DNA of 64,000 nucleotides from Nemertoderma westbladi (taxonomy: Eukaryota; Animalia; Xenacoelomorpha): assembly GCA_032718475.1 (NCBI GenBank), contig JAUCBJ010005882.1, positions 1-64,000 on the forward strand, in the 5' to 3' direction. The notes below the pieces were generated by a model that saw only the letters and a list, made by a program, of their open reading frames with translations, was not told the DNA's origin and did no database searches. Both the position numbers and the translations under genes were made by a program. Below are positions 11,945 through 21,832 of this stretch, one piece after another (position 1 is the first letter of the stretch; every line of letters begins with the position of its first letter).

Positions 11945-13157
11945 TAGGGGTGTGCCGGATATCCGGCCGGGCCGAAATTCCGTCCGGATTTAGAGGAAAA
12001 AATCCGGTTCCGGCTCCGGTCGGATTTAAATTTTTTGGCCGGATTTCCATTTCAACGAATTGTTGACAAAATTTACAATTAATGTAAATTTTCAAAAATA
12101 AACTTTAAAATAAATTTTCGTTTAAATTCAAACAAAAATAGACATAAGCAAATACAATGAAATACAATACAATTTTTGTCATAGTTTGTACCGTTGGACT
12201 CAGCGTTACTAGCACTTAATTTATATAATATTACACGCCCATAATTATTAATTAATTATAATTTAATAATTATGGCCCATGTGAAGAATACCAGACTTTC
12301 TGCCGTTATATTTCACTTTGCAGTTACCCCCAAGTGAAGAATACCAGGTTTTCACTAGAAACATAGGTTACAGAAGTGCTGAATCTAACCAAAACAATAA
12401 ACGAATTAGTATATGTACAGGTTATGAGACAGAAATAAGCGCTATAAAACACTTAGTGAAGATAAATTAAAAAAAATAAAAAATCTTCATATATAAAATT
12501 ATAATAAAAAGTCGACCGAAAAGTGAAATCCTTGTATTCTTCACATGGGCGATAATTATTATTAATTAGCCCATAATTAAAACGAGTATGTCTAGGTATA
12601 TTGTTATAAATTGAGATTAAGCTTACCACTATGAATGACCAGTTTATATATTCGACAGGCAAATTTAGAAACTCTAGTAAATCCAATTTAACTCAGAGTG
12701 TATAAAAATACAACAGCTATTATTTCTTCGTTCTATTTTTCAATTTGCAATTTATATTATCAAATCAATTCATTATGATACTAAATATGCATGTACAACT
12801 ATTTGTAAATTAGGAAATTATTCCTTATTTGCAGCCAACCAACGCAAAACGCTCTTCTCGTCCCCTTTAGATAATTGACATATACTTACTAATCTACTTC
12901 TGAATTCATAATATGAATGAAGTCAAAGTCCATATCACATGACCTTGCTGATCATGATTAGCACGTTAGGTTCTGTATCTGTCGACGCAGGACCTAACGC
13001 ACAAAGGACCAAATGATGGGTTCCCCTTCCTCAGTTCTGTTCATTCATACAGGTACCATAGCTTATCGGGAAAAACAAAAAATTCGGATTTTTTTTACAA
13101 ATCCGGCCCCGGCTCCGGCCTCGACGGTTTAAAAATAGCCAATCCGGCACATCCCTA
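11945..13157. mobile_element. hAT-like non-autonomous element
   Basis: TIR tagggg(t)gtgccggat / atccggcacatcccta, subterminal ccgg repeats, perfect 8-bp TSD ATAATCAG (11937-11944, 13158-13165). Confidence 0.85.
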
Positions 13158-13189
13158 ATAATCAGTTTATACGGCGGGTAAAAATGCTA

Positions 13190-13460
13190 TATGAATGGGA
13201 GATTGTTTTAGGCTCATTAAGCCAAGGAATGCCTGTTCATCACCATGGGGGATTTTCCACAGTAAACCCTTCCACTCTGTTTCCCAAGTTGCTTTGGTTC
13301 CCATTTATCGACCACCGAAGGATGAAGGCCAGAGTTGGGCTAGGCTGCAGCAATTAAAGTACTGTGCCCAAACAGTGCTGTCCACTCTAGGGATCGAACC
13401 AAGGCTTCCTAATTGGAAGCCCATGAATGTCACCTCACCACTAGACCAGGCTTAACGACC
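13190..13460 (-). mobile_element. tRNA-derived SINE
   Basis: Minus strand has A-box-like tggtctagtgg, B-box ggttcgatcc, then the core ttcatccttcggtggtcgataaatgggaacc; superfamily not verified. Confidence 0.65.
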
Positions 13461-13731
13461 ATTACCGGTATATATCTGCCTACTTACGTGGTACAGATGG
13501 ACACTAAAACCACCTAAAGTCCTCCTGCATACAAAGTCCCATAGCTTATAACATAATCGGTACGGTAAATACATTTTATAGTCCGGTACATGAGTGAATA
13601 AGGTTCAAAGATAAGCGGGTTTATATACCGGAATCGATTCAAATTGTATAATAAAAGAAAGAACCGCAGCGTTTCTCCATTTCGTACCGGACTTTAGATA
13701 CTTCCGTTTCCGGTACATCTCTAACACATAC

Positions 13732-13867
13732 CGTGCATTCCTCTGGGTGTGACGTCATTCAGTTTATGACCGCATTCTTTCAGAAAACCTACAGCCATTT
13801 CGACTGAGTCATTGGTTGGGTTCTCCAGCAACAAAGTTAGTATTTCCAAAGCGATAATCTCATGGGC
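13732..13867 (-). CDS. CWC22: CWC22 exon (MIF4G)
   Basis: ttttag|[45 protein letters not shown]|gtatgt; 136 nt, phase 0 to 1. Confidence 0.96.
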
Positions 13868-13936
13868 CTAAAACGAAACATTACAAAGAAATATAATTAA
13901 TAAAAAACATAATAAAAAATGATATTTCAATATATT

Positions 13937-15290
13937 ATGGGTCAATGCCAACCATATTGATATCAGATTAATATCCCTGCTGAATATAATTCCTGTGAAC
14001 AAATAAACATTGATTTGTAGTAAATTTGAGATATTAGAAATACAAATAAAAAATTAACGTGGTCCGATTTTTTGTCACTTATGTGACACTCAGTAAATGA
14101 TTAATTTAATGGCATATAAATTGTCAAATATGAGCCATTAACCCGATGTGTTAACACTCCCACTAATATTCTTCCATATGAATAAGTTAGATGGCAATTT
14201 TAGGTGGTTAATCAGTGCATATGAATAATTGCGCGAGAGTCTCCAAAATGGCCCAAAAAAGTGTCCCTTAACGGAGGTTTTTTTTATCAGAAAACGCGAA
14301 CTCAAAGATTTTCAGTGAGACTGCTCCGTAAACATTTAATTGGCCAGGTTGAAGAAACTGCCCTGTCCCATAACGTGACATGATGTCCCATACTTGACAT
14401 TGTATTGGGGACAGAAGTTAATCATGGTCTAACTTACATATAATTAATGGTTAGGGGCTTACCAGTCACAGATAAACTGTAACCTGAATTGACAACAGAC
14501 GAAATTAATTTATTACCAAATTAACTATTTGTGGAAAGGGTTTTTAGATTGGGACAGTAGTTGAGAGTGGGATGTAAGTTGGGAATGGAACAGGAGTTGA
14601 ATTCTAGTACGGGAGTTGTTTGAAGAATTTTATGATTTGTTTTTAATTGGAAAATAAATGTCAAAATTTATAATAATCGTTTCCATGCAAATTCCGTCCT
14701 ATACTATATCAATATGTCCCATACATGACATAAAAAACTGTCTATTTACATTTTCAAATTAATTTTTTTAATATAAAATAACGGTTTTCATTTGACCATA
14801 ATATGTAACATTTTTGTGTATCACATTGTTATTAACAGGAAAAAAAACAACTAGCCCCACTTTTCACGGCAAAGTTGCCAGAAAGTGACACTTTGTCTTG
14901 TCACTCTATGTATAATTTATTTTTAGTGACAGAATTTTTAAATTTTATCTCACCAGAAAACTTTCCACTTCGATCTGACATCTCTTGCCGGACACCTCAA
15001 TACCCTATTAAAGGACTGCTACTTCAATTTTTCAAGAATATGGACATAAAGTACGAAAAAAATATTTATATATTTCCCATACGTGACAAAAAAAATTTTC
15101 TAAATTTTTGCATTCCAGAGCGATTCTCTCAATAACGGCCAAGAAATTTGTGGGGCACTTTATGGTTTCATATGCAGAAATTATCGCTCTTTCTAACCAT
15201 GACTATGGTATATTCTCAAAGTTGATTTCAAAATTCAACAAATTTCAAAAATCACGTACGGGACATTGGTCAATATGGTTGGCATTCATT
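13937..15290. mobile_element. Non-autonomous TIR element
   Basis: tcaatgccaaccatattga ... tcaatatggttggcatt; a related right end occurs at ~9650-9720. Confidence 0.6.
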
Positions 15291-16399
15291 GAAATTCATT
15301 GAAAACAAGTTTTCTTGTAAATAACTTGTGTAAAGGATGTCCTTAAAGCAAGAAAGTATCAATAAGTTTGAAAGTGTCACCTGACATGTCAAGGAGCCGA
15401 TGGTATAAGTTAAATAATTTGGGATCAAAACTTTAATAAAATTACATTCCGATAGAGTTAGCACAACCACCACCACCACCAGGGCACCAGCTCTACAAAA
15501 TGGTGAATAATGAAATAAAAACCACCGGGAAGTTATGTTAAGATTATACAATGTTAATAATAAATTATATTATGGAATGTTTGAATCCATATCATCTCAA
15601 AATAAATTACCTCAAAATAATTATCCCTACTAATATAACTCTCTGATGAGAGTTTTAATAGTTCAATAGTTGAGAATATAAATATCGGTAATTTTACCAA
15701 GTGATGTGGGGCGAGTCAAAACTGCCACCCATCATCTAACTGTTAATAATTATACTATGGCCGTTTTCTAAAATTCTGTGTGTGTTGGAAGCTATAATAT
15801 AACTAGCCATTGTATAATTATAATTGTTCGCTAAAAGACGACTTACATCTTTTGCTGCACGAAGGCTCGCCCCACTCGTGTTATAGTGCAGTAACAGGCT
15901 ATCCTACTTAACCCACAGGAGTATTAATAGGGTAGAAGCGGGATTCAGTAATTAGCTTGGGGTGGGGGGTGGGGGGGTGGGTGGGTGGGTGAAAGGTTGA
16001 GTTTCGCAATTTTCCCCGCCCGCTCCGTCTATTACCCTTAAAGTATAAGGGTTAGGGATATTACTAGATGGAATGGACGGGAAGATGGGGGGGGGGGGGG
16101 GGGGGAGACAATACTAAAACAATACGGTCAGAAACCGTAGAATGGAAACATCCAAATAAAGTTAGCCAATGACAAGAGGGTTCATAGAGTACGAGTACAC
16201 TGCAGTTGTGTGGTAAAACACTAAATCTCGAAAATAAGCGTTTAGAGAAAAATTCGAGAACATTTTTAAATAGTCAAGATCGGGTGATTTTCATATCACA
16301 GGGAAGAGGAAAACTTATTTAATTAATTAATTTCCCTAATGGTTCTTCCACATTCTTGAAAACATGTCGCTTAAAGTTTAGGAAACGAACGTAACTCAC

Positions 16400-16622
16400 C
16401 ACTTCCTGGTTGACGAGATGAGCCAAGAACCTAGAGGAAGACAGACTGGGGGTCTTTAGGTTCCGTCTGTAGCCTTTACGGAAGGTGAGAATCAGTCGCT
16501 TAACGACCAGTTCGCCAATCTGTGGAAACTTCGTGTTTATAACGGATACGAGAGCCGCGTAGACGTTAGTGAAGGTAGGTGAGGCTGACTGGGCCTGGAT
16601 TACAGACCGGGAGAATAAACCT
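16400..16622 (-). CDS. CWC22: CWC22 exon (MIF4G); source of the 78-bp array
   Basis: ccctgtag|(R)[56 protein letters not shown]...[10 protein letters not shown]|gtgagt; 223 nt, phase 2 to 0. Confidence 0.95.
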
Positions 16623-16992
16623 CTACAGGGAAATAAAGCGGAGTTAGTGAAGGTAGGTGAGGCTGACTGGGCCTGGATTACAGACCGGGAGAATAAACCT
16701 CTATAGGGAAATAAAGTGGAGTTAGTGAAGGTAGGTGAGGCTGACTGGGCCTGGATTACAGAGCGGGAGAATAAACCTCTATAGGGAAATAAAGTGGAGT
16801 TAGAGAAGGTAGGTGAGACAGACTGGGCCTGGATTACAGATCGGGAGAATAAACCTCTATAGGGAAATAAAGTTGAGTTAGTGAAGGTAGGTGAGTCTGA
16901 CTGAGCCTGGATTACAGACCGGGAAAATAAACCTCTATAGGGAAATAAAGTGGAGTTAGTGAAGGTAGGTGAGGCTGACTGGGCATGGATTA
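16565..16992 (-). repeat. 78-bp CWC22 splice-acceptor/exon-start tandem array, proximal block (~5.5 units including the real exon start)
   Basis: Minus-strand unit TCCACTTTATTTCCCT(A/G)TAG + AGGTTTATTC...ACCTTCACTAAC; acceptors at 16623, 16701, 16779, 16857, 16935. Confidence 0.95.
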
Positions 16993-18362
16993 TATAAGCA
17001 GTAGGTAATTATTCTATAACACAATACAATCCTGTAATCCAGTGTATAATATTAGTAGTACAACAATCCAGCAATATTATAATTAGTAATACAGCGGTAC
17101 AATAATTAGGCAGAACAACCTCACTCTGCCAGCTTTACATGTAGGCCTAACCCTCCACCTGTCACACTGTACTGTACATCTGTATGTATCTCTTAACCTC
17201 AGTTCAGCCAGTCCGGTACCGGTACAACCCACATTCGTACATCCCTCTATTGGGCCATGGCCTCTTATTTCCCCTTATACTCCCCCCAGTTCATTAATGA
17301 ACTAATCTTGAATTGTCACACATGTGGAAATCATAATTTTACTTTCAGTTTATATTAATCCCATATCTCATAGGTGGTCTTGACACTCGTCCCGTACGCA
17401 ATCTATAGTGCTCTCCTGGTTCTTCAACTGCGTTTGCATTGGTATAATCGACAGTTTCCTCCAAACTTTCATTTGCAACAATATTATCTTCTTCATTTGA
17501 GCTAGATTCACTGTTACTATCACTATAATTCTGGTGTTGTACGGGTACTGTTGTGCAGTACTGAGCAGTACTGAGATTATTTGGGCTTATCTGCCCACAT
17601 TCCGCTTTCCTAATGTCTTGTATATGTCGCTTGTATCCACCTGCTATAACTGACCAAGAATCTGGAACCGCCTCAATTATCAGTGGGCCTCTCCATTTTG
17701 TGTGGCACTTTACATGTTGTTTCGGCTTAATATATACAAATTCCCCAATTTTAAACTTATATTCCATTTCCGGTTCTGTTGCAATAACTTCCGTAACACC
17801 TGGTAATTTGGTGATATGATTTGAGGTAAGCAGTTCCCATGGTGACTTATTTCCATGTGATGCAGTCCTGTTATACCAAAAGGCAATTTGCGTGGGTTCT
17901 TTGCCTGTTCTTGCTGCCCATGTCTTAATAGTTCTATGGGATCTTTCAACTATATTCCCTTGTGGTCTATAAGTGCACGAGGTCCGGTGTTTAACTTCCC
18001 ATTTTTCCAAAAATTGTTTTGTTTCTTTACTCCTAAAAGCGGGTCCATTATCAGACAATAACTCTTCTGGGGGCCCCCACTCAACAAATACTTGCTGCAA
18101 TTCCTTTATAACTGCCTCTGCAGTTTCTTTATTAACTTTACGCCATATAGTAAACCCGGTAGCGCAATCGACCATTGTCAGATATTGGTTTTTATTTTCA
18201 TCCTCTGTGAAGTCAGTTGATAGTCTTTCCCACCCTCGCTCCATCTTACAAGTTCCTTTTTTCACTGCAGTAACAGGATTTGGATCTATGTATTTGCATT
18301 TATTACAGCTATTGCACACTTCTTTGACTAATTTCCTTGTCACATTCATTGTCTGTAATTCT

Positions 18363-18611
18363 CTAAGTGCTTAGGCTGTAGCGGAGTACCCTAAACTTTT
18401 AAATTGTGAACTAATTTTTAAATTTAATTATATTTTAACGCGATTTTAATTGAATATACTGCTGAAGACGCCCGCGAGGGTGAAATGGCCATACGGTAAA
18501 TAATTAACTTCATTTTTTATATATCCACGTGGTGAAAGACCCTTCCTTGCCTTTATTAATCCTGTAATTATGAATACGCCACGTAAAACGTTGTTCCGGT
18601 TAATCCAAAAC
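18363..18611 (+). mobile_element. 249-bp hammerhead-bearing insertion (retrozyme- or Penelope pLTR-like)
   Basis: Bounded by the direct repeat ctaagt (ACTTAG on minus); removal restores integrase DKLRELQTMNVT; contains a hammerhead core. Confidence 0.75.
18457..18498 (+). ncRNA. Minimal type I hammerhead ribozyme
   Basis: UACUG-CUGAAGA-C-GCCC(GCGA)GGGU-GAA-AUGGCCAU-A^CGGUA: stem I UACUG/CGGUA, GNRA-capped stem II, palindromic stem III, NUH site AUA. Confidence 0.8.
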
Positions 18612-18901
18612 CTAAGTTTATCGAATTCCGTATCATTGTTACATAACATTTGAGTACGATCCGTATCTGTATGAGCAATTTGATGAATCTCTTTAATTCT
18701 CTCAATCACGTGTGCTTTGTTGCAAGGAACATTGTGTGCTTGTATTCCTATTCCTGCTATTTCCCTTATGTTTTTATTTTCGTCATTCCCCTTTAACCAT
18801 GATTTCGGAACTCTGGTTAAGCAATCTGCCAGGTTCTTAGCAGATGTAATTTGCTGTATTGTCACTTTTATGCCATATTCATCCACCGTCCTCTTTAATA
18901 G

Positions 18902-19309
18902 CTATAATCGTCTTCTTATTAACATTTTTGATAGACCTTTTGTCTTCAAACGGTGCTCATCATTCAACATTGATTTGATCCAACCATATGCTGAGCTCGA
19001 ATCTGTATATATCGTAATTGTTTTAAGACCCCACTCAATAGCAATGTTTAACCCCTCAATGATCGCAGTCAGTTCTGCCGCATTTATATGCTCAGGGTCA
19101 TCGTCTTTTCTCAACCATGCTCTATCCTCGGCGACTACCCCACCAATCTTCACTAACGCCCCAATGGCTATTGTACTTGCGTCGGCCCATACTTCTCCTA
19201 CGTGAGTCTTCATTATTGGCCACTGACCTTGTGAGGGATCTACTTTATTGACTCTATCTACCACCTCAATGAGTTTCTTTCTAGTGTTCTCACTGATAGG
19301 ATCATCCAT
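18902..19309 (-). pseudogene. Gypsy RNase H
   Basis: VWADAS...HINAAELTAI...IYTDSS motifs; flanked by stops. Confidence 0.88.
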
Positions 19310-19321
19310 GCTAACTGATGA

Positions 19322-20130
19322 TTATTGGCGTTGTAGCCACCCACATGCAACGCGCAACCAACCAGAAATTAAATAATTACCTCGGAGTTGACCAATCACA
19401 GCCAATAATTTTCGATGGGTCACTATCCCTTGAATAGATTCTATTGTCGGTAAATCGCTGTCTCTGATCCATCGACCATCCTTCACATACACTCCCAATA
19501 TTCGAGCCCCATTTTTAACCTCCACTGGTTCTTTAGATTCAAGCCCAAATTTCTTCAAATGATTTCTAACATCATCAGCTGTAATTCCAGAATCCAGGTC
19601 CACATAGACATCATCACGGAAACTTTCTGTGGCTCTCTCAATCTTCTCGTCTTGTTTTAGCACAGTCTCTACAATATTGTCAAGTATCTTTGGTGCTGGG
19701 CCCAGTCCAAAACCAAGCTTGGTCATACAATATCGTTTGTCCTTATACTCAACAACTTGGTATGGATGCAGTTTAGAATGCACATTGACCTGCATATAGG
19801 CCCACTTCAAGTCAATCAGTGCTGTCCTTTCACCCATGGTAGCCCACTTTCTCAGTTTCTCAACACTGGTAGCTGATTCCGTTCAAGGTTCATTTATAAT
19901 AAATTGATTCAATTTTCGAAAATCCATTATCGGACGTACTCGATCTTTTTTGGTTCATTTTTGTACATTAGAGGAATGAGTGCTTTTGTTTCCCCGTGAA
20001 ATTCTTTTAACCATTCACCCATGCCAATATCAAACTTCTCCCGTAGTTCCTGGGGAATTTTGTATTGCTTTACTCTATTAGTCAGTTTGTCTGGGTTTTG
20101 TCCAGTGATGAATATATACTCTGTTTCCCA
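19322..20130 (-). pseudogene. Gypsy reverse transcriptase (frameshifted N-terminal part)
   Basis: LIDLKWAYMQV, KLGFGLGPAP, SFRDDVYV; upstream RVRPIMDFRKLN in another frame. Confidence 0.88.
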
Positions 20131-20568
20131 TTATATTGAGATTGTAATCAAAGCTTCAGGATTAATATTTCCAACTGCACTCATTAATTGTAAATTTGGG
20201 ACTGAATTAAACAGCACACTAACAGTGTCTTTCGGCCCACATTGAATGGAGATCCCCCCCATTTTTTTTATAATGTTCCATCCTATAACTAAGTCTAAGC
20301 CCCCAACCATGTCTACAATAACTAAAAATTCACATTTAGGCAAAGTGACATTATTAATTCTAATTTGTGTTTCAATTGTCCCCATAATCATATCTGTTTT
20401 TGTACCATCTAACATTGAAATAGTGTTTCCAGCCATCTTTCGATCTAAAATCCCATTAATCCTAGCACTACATTTATGTGAGACAATCGACTGCCTACAA
20501 CCAGTATCTATTAACCCATCTACTGCAATTCCACCACATTCTGCCTTTATAATTGGCAGATCGCCCAT
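20131..20568 (-). CDS. Gypsy aspartic protease
   Basis: GLIDTGC active site and DLVIGWN motif. Confidence 0.85.
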   Translation of the reverse strand: MGDLPIIKAECGGIAVDGLIDTGCRQSIVSHKCSARINGILDRKMAGNTISMLDGTKTDMIMGTIETQIRINNVTLPKCEFLVIVDMVGGLDLVIGWNIIKKMGGISIQCGPKDTVSVLFNSVPNLQLMSAVGNINPEALITISI

Positions 20569-20587
20569 TATTTTAGGGAAACGGCCA

Positions 20588-21610
20588 CTAGCGCATATGC
20601 CGTTCCCCTCTACTCGTTTCCCTAGCTCTGTAGCCTTCCACTTGGCCGCATGGAACTATCTGCTCCAGTATGTTTGCAGTACAGTTGCGAGCTATGTAGT
20701 CTGGTCCTCCACATCTAAAACAATTACTGGCAATCGAATCCCTATAGTTGTGGTAACTTGATTCTCCCCAACATTCTCGTGCATAATGTCCACTTTTTCC
20801 ACATCTGAAGCAGTTAATCCCAAATCCTTGGCCTCGACCCCGGGATATATTTACTTGCCCTCGGCCAATTCTGAAATTTCCTCCATCTCTACCACGACCA
20901 GTTGTAAGATTGCCTATCTCTCGTCCCCGACCGAAACTTGTCCCATCTCGCTCTCGATGGAAACTTCCACCTCCTCGGGGATTTTGGAAATTTCCAGGAA
21001 ATCCTCCAGCAGCTCCAACAGATCCAATTGGATACGGTAGGCCGACAACTAATCCCCCTGCAGCTCCTACGGTGCCAGAATCCTTATGTTGTTCTGACAA
21101 TAATCTGCGGGCCTGAACAATTAGATTGTTCAGTTCCAATCCATCAACTAAAGCTTTGACCTCCCCAGCTATCCTTTCAGGAAGAACACTGACGAACTGC
21201 AGAGCAATAATTATATTAGCTACAACTGTCTCTACCGCGTTTAGTTTTATTTCATCAGACACTAATCCAAACAGTCGTTTTAAATCGGCTAGGTACGTAT
21301 CCGCTGCCTCCCCATCCTGCAGTTTCCGTATCTTAAACAGTTCGTAGGCAGTATACTCGCTAACAGCAAATGCAGATATTAATGCCTTCTTTATTAGGTC
21401 ACAATCTTGCTTTTCGGCGTTAGATAACTGACTCACTACTTCATACGCTGACCCATCTAACGACAATCGTAAATAAGTTGCCCGCGCCTCCTCTTTTAAT
21501 CCAGCCTCGACCACTAATACATCATAAGTGTCATTAAATATCGCCAGCCACTGACTCGGATCTGTACTACCATTATACTTCTTAACATCATCTGAGAGTT
21601 TTGGAGCCAT
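20588..21610 (-). CDS. Gypsy gag with CCHC zinc knuckles and RGG tract
   Basis: 340-aa intact ORF; CFRCGKSGHYAREC and a second degenerate knuckle. Confidence 0.9.
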   Translation of the reverse strand: MAPKLSDDVKKYNGSTDPSQWLAIFNDTYDVLVVEAGLKEEARATYLRLSLDGSAYEVVSQLSNAEKQDCDLIKKALISAFAVSEYTAYELFKIRKLQDGEAADTYLADLKRLFGLVSDEIKLNAVETVVANIIIALQFVSVLPERIAGEVKALVDGLELNNLIVQARRLLSEQHKDSGTVGAAGGLVVGLPYPIGSVGAAGGFPGNFQNPRGGGSFHRERDGTSFGRGREIGNLTTGRGRDGGNFRIGRGQVNISRGRGQGFGINCFRCGKSGHYARECWGESSYHNYRDSIASNCFRCGGPDYIARNCTANILEQIVPCGQVEGYRARETSRGERHMR

Positions 21611-21832
21611 GTTGCCCGGTTAGCTTATAAGATATAATAAGTAATATCAATCGTAATATCATTAATATCAATCACACACTACTCCAGAATCAGGTTTATA
21701 TTAACTCCTGCACTCAATACACCACCGGTAGGCCTACTCAGTCGTTCCACCCTAACTATCTACCTGTTTTAATTTACCGCCACCTTATATATATCGCAAC
21801 TCAACCCACAGAGTCTCTTATTGTACCTTATA

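Larger units (their letters stand above)
17345..18886 (-). pseudogene. Gypsy integrase (HHCC plus DDE), interrupted by the 249-bp insert 18363-18611
   Basis: IHQIAH...C-x2-C zinc finger, WERLSTDF, SDNGPAF, GNIVERSHRTIK; the frame is restored when the insert is removed. Confidence 0.9.
16993..21832 (-). mobile_element. Ty3/gypsy-type LTR retrotransposon (gag-PR-RT-RH-IN), disrupted, inserted in the array
   Basis: 5-bp TSD GATTA (16988-16992, 21833-21837); LTR-like segments 21626-21832 and 16993-17279, each TATAAG...CTTATA; polypurine tract GGGGGGAG at 17280-17287; domain order PR-RT-RH-IN. Confidence 0.92.

Noticed and set aside
15638-15665. CTGATGAG hammerhead-like core
   Set aside because: No stem II followed by GAAA and no NUH site.
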